This document shows, one piece after another, positions 1 through 9,611 of a stretch of DNA of 32,000 nt. The translations under genes were made by a program, and so were the position numbers. The stretch lies in assembly GCF_000195855.1 (NCBI RefSeq), contig NC_002677.1, forward strand, positions 420,001 through 452,000, in the 5' to 3' direction. Positions within the stretch are counted from its first letter, which is position 1; every line of letters starts with the position of its first letter. The DNA comes from Mycobacterium leprae TN (GTDB lineage: Bacteria; Actinomycetota; Actinomycetes; Mycobacteriales; Mycobacteriaceae). The notes beneath the pieces were generated by a model. It searched no databases, was not told the origin of the DNA, and worked only from the letters and a program-made list of their open reading frames with translations.

Positions 1-1339
1 TATCGTCGAGTGGATTCTCTTGGTGGTGGCTGGGGGCCCAGATTGTGTTGAGCATACGCTACCCGCTGACGTCGTTATCCGAAATAAACCAACCTGGTTT
101 GAAATGATCGATGGACAGGTCCGCCCGAAGGGCCAAGGCGGTAATCGTCTCAACCGAACTGCAGGACGGTACCAGTCTTCAAAGCGCACGGTCCTAGTAA
201 GAATCAGGCCATGGCGTGGCTGGTCTTTCGATCGCAGCCAACGATCAAGTTCGGGATCCGTAATCCGATGACGCATTCGTTGATATACTGTCCGATTGGT
301 CCTACACGATGTTATCATTGGAGATAATATTTGTTCCGTCAACATTCCCGATGGCAAAATGGATTGTTGCACAACAAAACCGAGATGCATAGGATGGTTT
401 ACCGATAAATTTGTATATTTGATTCTGTGTATTCGGTTCGATCGTGATTCGCTGTCCCCAAACCATTTAGTTTGTTGAGCGGTGTGCATGTCGAATCTCT
501 TCATCAGCATCCGTTTCGAATTCTCGCTAGTTTGCTGATGTGTCAGCCAGAGCAGTCGATTGCGGCTTCGACGGCTGTGTAGATTGCGCGCATTGTGCGT
601 TTCGGCGAGGTGGCCGGCCAAGCCGAGTGACCAATACCGCGACCGAGACACTCTCGACTGAGTCCAAATTCACCGCGGAACGGCGCTGGATCAGGTCGGA
701 ACCGGGTCAAGAACTACCTCGTTAGCCAACCCTCGGATGATCTATGGTGTAAGGTGCGACGAGTGCGCGCCGAATTCGGGGGATCGCCGCATCGCATGAG
801 AACACAACGACTTGAGATGGCCAATCTCGGCCATCTCACACCACCACACTTCTCCATGTGCTGGAAGCGCGTTAACGAGTCTGCAGCCGTCCGTCGCCAC
901 GGTGCCCAGTTGCCCCATTCGTCAGGCTCATTGACTGGGTGCTTGTTGTAGGCCGCGTCGCTCGCATCCACCTCGGTCGATCGATAACGAGTAAAGTAAT
1001 GCTCCAAGAGCCTTATTGATCAGAGTTGTGTCTGCTCATCCTAGCCTGCCCCCTTCCATTGGTCGACCAGCCCGGCGGCGATGTCCGGCAGCTGCCGTGC
1101 GCGGTATAGCCCCTGCCAGGGCCGGCAGGGGCACGGTACACATACACAGTCCGATACGGGTGTACTCGCCGTCGGCTGGCCTGGATATTCTGCTGAGGCG
1201 CGGCGTGCTGAGCCCCAGCAGAATATCCAGTGAACCAACATAGGTCAGGTTGGGGGCCCGACTGGTGACCTCGATCAGCCCATCACCAGGATGGCGTAGG
1301 TCCGCTGGCCGCGACTAGCGGCAGCAACCTAACCAGCGT

Positions 1340-2190
1340 CGCGGGCAGATTGTCGACGGCGTTGGCCAACACAGCGGTCACCGCGGCGATCGGGAACAAT
1401 GCCGGCAGTCCGCAACCGGGACGGCAGCAGTGCGGACATGGCGCTGTTCATTCCGTTGATAATGACTGCTTACACCGCGATGCCCAAGCGCCAGCACGAA
1501 CAACAGGAACGACAGATCCATCGAACGCACGATCTCGGCCGCCGACATGTGTCGACGGTTGAAACTGCGAAGCGCCAACACCGAAGCGCCGGCCAGTATA
1601 CCAGTGTAACCAGGCCGAGACCTCCATAGATTCCGAGGACCACGAACCCGGCACGCATAAGCGGCCGCCGCCAAGACAAACTACCGGTGGCCACGGCTCG
1701 AGCCTGACTTGCTTAGAGTTGGGCGGCACACGCAGATCATTGGCGAAAACCAGCGAAATACCAGGCACACTGCGGCTACCGCGGTAAGCCACAGCACCGC
1801 TATCAGCGGGGTGAATTTGGTTGATGAAGTATTAGCGAGGTAGAAAGCCAACAAGTTGGTCAGATTCGACACCGGAAGAAGCGGCGAGGCGGCATTGGCC
1901 AGATGGACGGTGGTGTAGGCGTATGGTTGCGTCGGGGTTCGTAGTCGGCGCACGGTCGCTAACACCAGTGGGGTCAATAAGATTACCGTGGTGTCCAGGC
2001 TGGGCGCGGCAGTAGGGTCGGTGGCGGTGATGACGAACACGTGCTGCAGGGCCCGTGTGACCCGATGCGAACGGGTGCCATTACCGTGCCTGCGGTCTCG
2101 CACGAGCCTTCGTCGTCGCACAGTTTGGCCAGCATCAGCAGCGGGCCTAAAAATGCGACCACTCGGACAAGTACGGCAACCTGCACGGCC
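1340..2190 (-). pseudogene. ArsB/SLC13-type anion permease remnant (arsB2/Rv3578-like), frameshifted
   Basis: Minus-strand fragments in several frames: VAFLGPLLMLAKLCDDEG, LDTTVILLTPLVLATVRRLRTPTQPYAYTTVHLANAASPLLPVSNLTNLLAF, LVFRWF. These resemble ArsB-family permease motifs, but the reading frame is broken. Confidence 0.7.
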
Positions 2191-3057
2191 GCCTGTTGAA
2201 CCGAAATCGCGTCAATCTCTATCTAGAATGACAGTTGCCAGTGTCTCTGGCCGGGTAACTGCGCACCCGAAGACAACGGTTAGCAGCAACAGCGCAACGA
2301 TCAGCGTCAACGTTTAGATCCAGATATCCTCGCGCCGAAATACCGTTGGCAGCTACAGTGTGACCCCGTACTGGGGTGGCCATCGCATCGAGAATCCACA
2401 CCGGCATGTTTAAAATCATCACCCGTGTATGACAAGGCCCGCAAGGCTGTGACCAGCGGTCGGAAGAATTATAGTCCCAGTTGACCAAAGTCGAGATAGA
2501 CTTTATCGGCATGGTGGCTGGTCAGCGTACTCTTGATGAAACCGGTGGTGCGCTGGATGAATAGTGGTCGGCCCTATGTCGGTGGTACACCAGCGTCGAC
2601 CACGCCTTGACACAGCGATCGGTCGACGCCCGCACTGGTAGTGTCAGCAGTGCGTTGATCACACTCGGCAACCTGTCGTGTGGGCAGTGGTCTGACTGCT
2701 ACCAGCCTAACATCGTAGGCGCCCAATCGAATTGGTTTACTGGGGCCGCGGCGACAAGGTGGCTCTCGGGGAGTCCGCATCCGTGCCCAACCTGGGTCGC
2801 CAATTGGCTCTCCATCGGCTGGGTGCCGGTGGTGTCGGAAACCTTATGTGGGGTCATCAACGTGGTCGATGTGCGTGTGCACCGCAGCGATAGCACCAAG
2901 CTGAGATGCCTTGGCCCGGGCAAGACAGCCGTCCACGCGTGGTGGCGCTATGGTGACGTCTTGCGGATTGCCAGTCACGCGAGGCTGGGGCGGGAAAAGT
3001 AGCCGCCGGTGATCAACGCGTACGATCCGTTGTCGAGCAGCAGCGTAGCGACACCAC

Positions 3058-3095
3058 ATTTATCTTACCGTAAGCGATTTATCTTACCGTAAGCG
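3058..3095. repeat. Tandem duplication, 2 x 19 bp (atttatcttaccgtaagcg)
   Basis: Exact adjacent copies at 3058-3076 and 3077-3095. Confidence 0.9.
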
Positions 3096-3177
3096 GCGCA
3101 TGCATAAGGTTTGGCGGCAGGAATGTTGAAACTATCCGAATACCGCGCGATGTCGGGGTGACCGAGGCTCGATCTCA

Positions 3178-3936
3178 TCAGCAGAACGCCCTGATATCGA
3201 TGCCGGCGGCGTTGAGTTGATCGCGCACCGCGGTAGCCATCTGTATAGCGTTGGGGGAATCGCCATGCAAACAAATCGATTCCACGGTGACGGCAAGCTG
3301 TGTGCCGTCGACCGCAGTGGCCTTACCGGTGGTCACCATGGTTACCACTCTTTGCGCGATCACCGCAGGGTCGTGCAACACCGCGCCGGGTTCGCGCCGA
3401 GAAATCAGCTGACCGTCCGGTCGGTAGGTTCGATCGGCGAACGCCTCCGCTACCGTGCGTAAGCCAATGCGCGCGGCCTCGTCAAAAAACGTCGAACCAG
3501 CCAAACCCAGCACTGGCAGCGTGGAATCCACCAGCTGTATTGCCGCAGCGACTGCGGCACCTTGTTCGCGGTTGGTCACGATCGTGTTGTACAGTGCTCC
3601 ATGGGGTTTTACGTACGACACCGCGGAACCGGCGGTCTGTGCGATCGCTTGCAATGCGCCGATCTGATAAACTACATCGGCGAGAAGATCGTCGGCGGTA
3701 ACGTCGATGAATCGTCGGCCGAACCCGACTAGGTCGCGATAGCTCACCTGTGCTCCTATGCGCACGCCACGTTCGGCTGCTAACCGGCATACCCTAAGCA
3801 GCCCGGCGGGATCTCCGGCGTGGAACCCGCACGCCACGTTGGCGCTAGTGACGATCCGCAGCATGGCTTCATCGTCGCCGAGCCGCCACACGCCGAAGCC
3901 CTCACCCAAGTCGGCGTTAAGGTCGATACAGGCCAT
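3178..3936 (-). CDS. pxpA: LamB/YcsF family protein (5-oxoprolinase subunit A-like)
   Basis: Intact 252 aa ORF: MACIDLNADLGEGFGVWRLGDDEAMLRIVTSANVACGFHAGDP...YVKPHGALYNTI...CLHGDSPNA. These are hallmark LamB/YcsF motifs. Confidence 0.93.
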   Translation of the reverse strand: MACIDLNADLGEGFGVWRLGDDEAMLRIVTSANVACGFHAGDPAGLLRVCRLAAERGVRIGAQVSYRDLVGFGRRFIDVTADDLLADVVYQIGALQAIAQTAGSAVSYVKPHGALYNTIVTNREQGAAVAAAIQLVDSTLPVLGLAGSTFFDEAARIGLRTVAEAFADRTYRPDGQLISRREPGAVLHDPAVIAQRVVTMVTTGKATAVDGTQLAVTVESICLHGDSPNAIQMATAVRDQLNAAGIDIRAFC

Positions 3937-4299
3937 TCGGCCAGCTTAGGAGCTGGCCCAGCAGCAAATTCATTGTGGGATCTTGGCTACGACTTGATCG
4001 AGGAGGCCGTAGACCCGCGCTTCGGCGGCGAGGGAGTCCGCACCGCCATAGAGTTGCCTGTTGCATTGCCCTAGCCCATTGCTACTTGCTTAGGCATCTT
4101 GGTGGCGCTCTGTGGGAAGTGATGTCGATCGCTACCGCACCTGTTTGGCTATAGTCGCATGTCACGATGTCGATGGCGACATTGTTGTGCACGGTCAGCG
4201 CACGCTGGCACACTTATTTTCATAGCCGCCTTCTTAAGGCTACGAGGTGCCGAGCATGCCGTTGGCGTTGGTCACCCTAGTCACGGTTCACACAGTGTC

Positions 4300-4337
4300 C
4301 GAGGCACCGGGGTTCCTATAGGAATACCGGTGCCTCG
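4300..4337. repeat. Near-perfect 38-nt inverted repeat (17 of 19 pairs)
   Basis: cgaggcaccgg-gg-ttcctataggaa-ta-ccggtgcctcg; outer 11-bp arms and inner 12-bp palindrome share the same centre. Confidence 0.8.
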
Positions 4338-4866
4338 AGCAGGTGGGCCAGCTTCGTGTTGAGGCATCGTAGAATGCGGAAACGTCCTGCGCTGCAGGTA
4401 ACCAGATCATAGCCTTAATGGCTTAGGGTTGCGCTTTTTTTGAAGTTGTCGACACTGTCGTCGAGGGTTTGGCCACGGAGATACCAGGCCTACCTGGTGT
4501 CCGCATAGGCCTTGGCTTGTGTCGGTCCATTTATTGGTAGGCAAGTCCTGTCACACACGCTGGCGCTCTAGTCCCACATTCCTATGGTGTTGTCACATAT
4601 TTTCAGTGATTTAGCGCCCAACGCGCTATTGATCTGACGCACGCTGAGCAGCAGCCCGTTAAGCGCTGAAACCGCTACCGCATTCGGTTACGTTCGGGGC
4701 GGCTAAGGCCTCTCCGTTAACCGTGGTGCTGTAAGCGACGATGAGTGTTCACAGGCCGGCCAGCGCAACGCCTGAAATTTGTCTCCCGCACTGGTCCTCC
4801 CCAGAGCTTTGCGCGAGCCGGAACACTCGGGCTGTCCCATCGATTAGGTCATCGTAGTGGACACGC

Positions 4867-5727
4867 TTATGCGCAGACCTCACGATGTCGCCCGAGTAGC
4901 CAGCAAAATAGGTAGATCAAAAACGAGATGGTCGCGACGAACACCGAAACCGGCACACCAGGCGCCAACGACAGCACGACGCCCCCAACGGCAGAGACCT
5001 CGGCGAAGATCACCGCTGCCACCATTGCCGCGACCGGCGAGGCGACTACCTGTGCTGCCGCGGCCGCCGGTGTGATCAATAGTGACATCACCAACAACGC
5101 CCCGACGACCTGCACGGCTTGCGCTGCTACCAGACCGACCAGCGCGGCGAATACGATGCCCAGCGCGTGAACGGGCACGCCACACGCGGCCGCGACCTCC
5201 GGATCGACCGTCGCGAACAACAACGGTCGGTAGCAGGTCGTCAACACTGCAATGACAAACAGGCAAACGAGCGCCAGCGTAGCCAGCCCGGAGTAGCCCA
5301 CGTCGATGATCTGGCCGGTCAGCAACGCTAAACTGGTCCCGGTCCGTCCTGGGTAGAGATGGATGAACAGCACCGCTAACCCCAGCCCGAACGCCAGCAC
5401 TACCCCGATTACCGAATCTCGCTCTCGGGCTCGCCGACCGAGGATGCCGAACAGCGTTGCCGCCAAAGCGCTGCCGACTAGAGCGCCCACTCCCATCTCA
5501 AACCCGGCCAGAAGCGCGAATGTGGCTCCGGTCAGCGAGAGTTCGCTGGAACCGTGCACGGCGAACGACATTTGGCGCATCACGATGAACGGCCCGATCA
5601 GCCCGGCCACCAGCCCCAGCAACAACGCCGCCAGCAGTGCCTGCTGGACGAAGTTGTGACTGAGCAAATGTGTAGTTATGTCAAAGGAGAACAGGTGGTT
5701 CCACATGTGAGCGAGTCGGTCATCCAT
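4867..5727 (-). CDS. Metal-type (Zn/Mn) ABC transporter permease
   Basis: MDDRLAHMWNHLFSFDITTHLLSHNFVQQALLAALLLGLVAGLIGPFIVMRQMSFAVHG...; ABC-3/ZnuB-family permease. The start is placed at 5727 because the upstream 94 aa of the 4867..6009 ORF are non-homologous and overlap the ATPase gene out of frame. Confidence 0.9.
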   Translation of the reverse strand: MDDRLAHMWNHLFSFDITTHLLSHNFVQQALLAALLLGLVAGLIGPFIVMRQMSFAVHGSSELSLTGATFALLAGFEMGVGALVGSALAATLFGILGRRARERDSVIGVVLAFGLGLAVLFIHLYPGRTGTSLALLTGQIIDVGYSGLATLALVCLFVIAVLTTCYRPLLFATVDPEVAAACGVPVHALGIVFAALVGLVAAQAVQVVGALLVMSLLITPAAAAAQVVASPVAAMVAAVIFAEVSAVGGVVLSLAPGVPVSVFVATISFLIYLFCWLLGRHREVCA

Positions 5728-6554
5728 CAAGGCTCGCCAACCACAATGTAATGATCCTCGACCTTCACCACCCGGATGTTTGCCTGGTAAAGCGTTGACA
5801 GCCTCTCGGTGGTCATAACCTGTTCGACAGTGCCGATCAGGAATCGGCCGTCGACCAGATAGAGCACTCGGTCCACATACGGCAGGAGCGGGTTGATCTC
5901 GTGGGTGACGACAAGCACCGTGGTGCCGGCTTCCCGGCGGCGACGGTCGATCAACGTCGATACCAGCTTGGCGTTGGCCGGGTCCAATGTCAGCAAAGGT
6001 TCGTCGCATAGCAGCAGCGTCGGGTCGTTGACCAGCGCCTGAGCGATGCGGATGCGCTGCAACTCGCCGCCCGACATTACCCCGACTCGGACATCAGCCA
6101 GCTGCTCGCCATTTACTTGCTGCAGCGCCGTGAATACGGCCTCGCGCCGGCGAGCTCGATCGGCGGATCGCAGCGGCAGGGCGCCCCAGCGGCGTCCGTC
6201 GATGCCTAGTCTAACCAGATCACGACCGCGCAGCAGTACTTCACGATCGATTGGGCGGTGTTGCGGCACGTAGCCTATGCGTGGACTGCCAGCGGTGATC
6301 CGCTTGCCCTCCACCCGCGCAACGCCGGCACTGAGCTCCAGTTGTCCGAGCAGCACCTTGAGTAACGACGTCTTACCGGTGCCGTTGGGGCCCAGCACCG
6401 CGATAAACTCTCCCGCCGACACCGATAGGTCGAGGTGATCCCAAAGCGTTTGATCGCCGAACGCCAGCCGTGCGCCGCTAAGCGAGATCGTGCGGGCATC
6501 GTTGTCCGCGGACTGCGGTCGTCTCGAGACCGCGTCGAGATTTTCAACCGCCAC
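5727..6554 (-). CDS. Metal-type ABC transporter ATP-binding protein
   Basis: Walker A GPNGTGKTSLL, signature MSGGELQRIRIAQAL, Walker B LLLCDEPL; intact 275 aa. Confidence 0.92.
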   Translation of the reverse strand: MAVENLDAVSRRPQSADNDARTISLSGARLAFGDQTLWDHLDLSVSAGEFIAVLGPNGTGKTSLLKVLLGQLELSAGVARVEGKRITAGSPRIGYVPQHRPIDREVLLRGRDLVRLGIDGRRWGALPLRSADRARRREAVFTALQQVNGEQLADVRVGVMSGGELQRIRIAQALVNDPTLLLCDEPLLTLDPANAKLVSTLIDRRRREAGTTVLVVTHEINPLLPYVDRVLYLVDGRFLIGTVEQVMTTERLSTLYQANIRVVKVEDHYIVVGEP

Positions 6555-6562
6555 GGCAAAGA

Positions 6563-7471
6563 TTATCGGGGTGATCGGTTCGATTGCAGCGCAGTGAGCA
6601 GCTGATCGATCGTGTTACGTTGCCAGGTAAGGTAATCGGTGTCGTTCGGCAACATCTCGGTCACTTCGGTCACTGGCACACCTGACCGTCGGGCCGCAGC
6701 CTGCAGGCCGTTGGTAGCGGCGTTCGATTTCTGCGGGTTTACCAGCAACGCCGAGACTTGACGGTGGTTGATCAGATTGAGGGCGGCCGCCATGTCGGCT
6801 GCCGACGGATCGTTCTCGTTCTCATGGGTTGCGGTAAAGGCCGGCGGCGTGCGATTGACCAGGCCGGATGCCTGCAGCAGGTAGTGCACCACGGGCTCGG
6901 TTACGATTACCCCGGCGGCTGGGTAGTCGCTGGCAATGGCGTGTTCGGATATGGCGATAGCGTCGGCGCTGCGGCAGAATTCGGTGGCGTTGGCCTGGTA
7001 GTCCGCGGCATTGTCCGGATCGATGGTCACCAGCTGGTCGGCGATCAGGGAGGCCACCGACTTGGCGATGTTCAGGTCGTAGAAGACGTGTTCGTCGGCC
7101 GGTCCTTCGGTGGTGGCGCCCCTGCTAGCGAGAAGCGAGTAAGCATCCACCGATTTGATGTCCGGACGGCCGGCCAGCACCTTGTCGACCCATGGATCGT
7201 AACCGCCGCCGTTGTAGACCACTAGTGCGGCGTCGGTGATCGCGGCAGTTTCAGCGGGATTGACACGATACGTGTGCGGATCGGTGTGGGCACCGGTCAC
7301 AATGGAGGTGACGGCGACGTGTCTGCCTGCAATAATGCGAGCCACACTGCCCCACACGTCAGTGGATGCCACCACGGCTGTCGGGCGCAGGTGCCCGGAA
7401 CTAAGGCTGCCGCAGCCACCCGCAACGGTCGAACTGATCAAGCACAGAATGATAGTCGTCAACCAACGCAT
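6563..7471 (-). CDS. Metal ABC transporter substrate-binding lipoprotein (ZnuA/TroA-like)
   Basis: MRWLTTIILCLISSTVAGGC (signal peptide plus lipobox), then VVASTDVWGSVARIIAG...GAHTDPHTYRVNP...ADEHVFYDL. The listed ORF extends to 7546; 7471 (MRWL) or 7489 (MASVNP) is a more plausible start. Confidence 0.88.
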   Translation of the reverse strand: MRWLTTIILCLISSTVAGGCGSLSSGHLRPTAVVASTDVWGSVARIIAGRHVAVTSIVTGAHTDPHTYRVNPAETAAITDAALVVYNGGGYDPWVDKVLAGRPDIKSVDAYSLLASRGATTEGPADEHVFYDLNIAKSVASLIADQLVTIDPDNAADYQANATEFCRSADAIAISEHAIASDYPAAGVIVTEPVVHYLLQASGLVNRTPPAFTATHENENDPSAADMAAALNLINHRQVSALLVNPQKSNAATNGLQAAARRSGVPVTEVTEMLPNDTDYLTWQRNTIDQLLTALQSNRSPR

Positions 7472-7940
7472 CGGATTAACGGATGCCATTGGGTGTCCCA
7501 TCGGGGCTATATCGCACGCTCGACTTTCCTCTCGCTGGCCGGCCAACCGCTAAATAATACTTAACGAAAATTTTTTTCCAACAACTTTTAGTGGTTGATT
7601 GGACACGCATAGGCACTGATGTTAATCTGCGGTAGGTCTTACCGAAGGCTAGTCTCACACCACGTAGGTGTGCTATTTTGGTGTCATTAGCGGCGAAATT
7701 CAAGGTTTATTCACACCATGGTTTTGAGTGCGTTCAACCGTACCGATCGATTCACCTGTGCGAATGGGTGTTGGCCACGGCCAAGCGGCACGGTTATGCT
7801 AGAGCCCAATACCGGTCGCCCGACTGCTGCGGACTCCTAAGGACGGTCCGGCTGGCTTGGTCCATGGCCGAACCACAGACCTAATTTCTATTCAATGATC
7901 CGGCAGCACGAGATTTCGTTGCTTGCTGTGTTAACATAAT

Positions 7941-7972
7941 CTTGTGATTAAAGTTGCTTGTGATTAAAGTTG
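7941..7972. repeat. Tandem duplication, 2 x 16 bp (cttgtgattaaagttg)
   Basis: Exact adjacent copies at 7941-7956 and 7957-7972. Confidence 0.9.
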
Positions 7973-8744
7973 GGGGGAGTGGGGATATTCCTGATGATGT
8001 CCGGAACCGGTCGCAGTTTGCAGGACGGAACAGTTGGTGTGCTTGTCTCTGGGGCGGATGGGTTCAGTGATATATTCAGTTTGCGACGGTGATCCCGGAT
8101 TTCAGGTCTTTCTTCCGCACCGTTTGCTCGTTGTTGTAGTTGACGAGTCTAAGGGTTTGTCGGTTGTTGTCCGGCTGGCTATCTGATGATCGTGCCGCGA
8201 TGCGCGAACTCGCTGATCATGAGGCTGGACCGGGACCGCCGCCAAGATCTAAGTGGACGCTGACCGGCTACAGTCACCGATCTTTGGTGTCCAACACGAG
8301 CGCATTATTTCGATGTCCGGAGAGCAATGGACGGCCGCCGATGTCGCGCCGGATTCACTGACTGTGATGGAGAGATCCCGAACATCTGCCGATGTCGGGT
8401 GGCGCCGCCGCCAGTGCTCCATATAGGCCAATCTGCCGATTACTGCGCTGATGTTGCACCGCGGACATGTTGCTCTTATCAACCGTGGATTACTTTCGGG
8501 TACAAGGTATTTACATGTCTTGTCGGGTGAGCCGTGACCGGTTTCGATAGTGTGCCCGAAGCGATCTAGTCACGGCTTGATCACGGTGGCGCAGCCGAGC
8601 TTGCAGCAGGGCCGCCGGGGAGGCGAATTTCTGCTGAAACCACAGCGGTCGGACCTGCTGGTCGTCGAGCTGATATCGGGGGCGCACCGCCGGTTCGCTT
8701 GTCTAGGCTGAGCTCACAGCGCGCTAGTTGCATTTTGGTGACTT

Positions 8745-9330
8745 TTAGTCGCCAATCAGCAGATGCATGGCCAGATTCAGCCGTTTGCTGATGGCGATTG
8801 CCGAGGCCCGCCGGTTCGACAGCCACACATCCGAGGTCACCCGAGCGACGTGGTAATGGTCCTCGGTCGGCTCGCCGTCGGCCATCGCGCGCGAACATGA
8901 TGTCGATGAGCTTCTCAACGTGGTCTACCTCGCTGGCTGCGGAGGCGTCAGCGAAGACGTAGGCGCGTGTCATCGCTTCGGTTAGCAGCGGATTGTGCTG
9001 CATCGCGTGCTTAAGCTTGCTAAGCATGAAGTTTAGCCGCTGATAGGGGCTGTTGCCGGACACCAAGGATCGATCGTCTTGGCGTCGATGCAGCTAAATT
9101 CTCGGCCCAACGCCGACATCAACAGGTGCACTTTCGACGGGAAGTAGCGATCAGCGTCCCAACGGCCACGTCGGCCCGGTCTGCCACGACGCGCATTTGA
9201 GCATTTGAAACGCTTCGTAGCCGCCTTTCAACGCGATCATCATGGCGGCCCGTTCAAGATGCGTTTGTGTCGTTCCCGCTGCGCCTCTGAACCAAGTTCG
9301 GACTCCGCCAGCACCGGCCCCCACGTTCGT
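8745..9330 (-). pseudogene. kstR: TetR-family regulator KstR remnant
   Basis: Minus-strand fragments match KstR as I recall it: IALKGGYEAFQM, VVADRADVAVGTL, YQRLNFMLSKLKHAMQHNPLLTEAMTRAYVFADASAASEVDHVEKLIDIMFAR. The segments lie in different frames. Confidence 0.88.
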
Positions 9331-9538
9331 GACCACGCGCGGTTGTGAATCAGCAACGTGGGCCGGGGTCATGTTCGTTGGTGACATCTGATTGGCTGCT
9401 CCTCTTCCAGGTGGTTCGTGTGGAAACGATACGCATGCCGAGCAGGAAGTTCCTATCTCGGTACCGCGGGTACTGTGATCTTTTGGGGACGGTCCTGCTG
9501 TAATAGAAGTTGACCTGACGATCGATCACTAGCAGTGT

Positions 9539-9552
9539 TAGAACACATTCTA
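9539..9552. promoter_or_regulatory. Degenerate KstR-like operator (tagaacacattcta)
   Basis: Fits TNNAACNNGTTNNA with one substitution (G to A); lies between divergent kstR and fadE34 pseudogenes. Confidence 0.6.
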
Positions 9553-9611
9553 ATCAACGAAAGCACTCCATTGTCACTTCGAAATCAAAGGACGTGGAAG
9601 ATTCGCACGTG

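Noticed and set aside
3300-3790. ORFs antisense or out-of-frame to pxpA (3300..3701 +, 3482..3790 -)
   Set aside because: They overlap an intact conserved gene and have low-complexity Arg/Pro/Ser-rich composition typical of spurious frames.
5728-6009. N-terminal 94 aa extension of the 4867..6009 minus ORF
   Set aside because: Arg/Pro-rich, no transporter similarity, and lies out of frame over the C-terminal part of the intact ATPase gene. The permease starts at MDDRL (5727).
5119-7553. Plus-strand ORFs opposite the ABC genes (e.g. 4880..5266, 6758..7225, 7236..7553)
   Set aside because: Antisense shadow ORFs of intact minus-strand genes; no recognisable domains.
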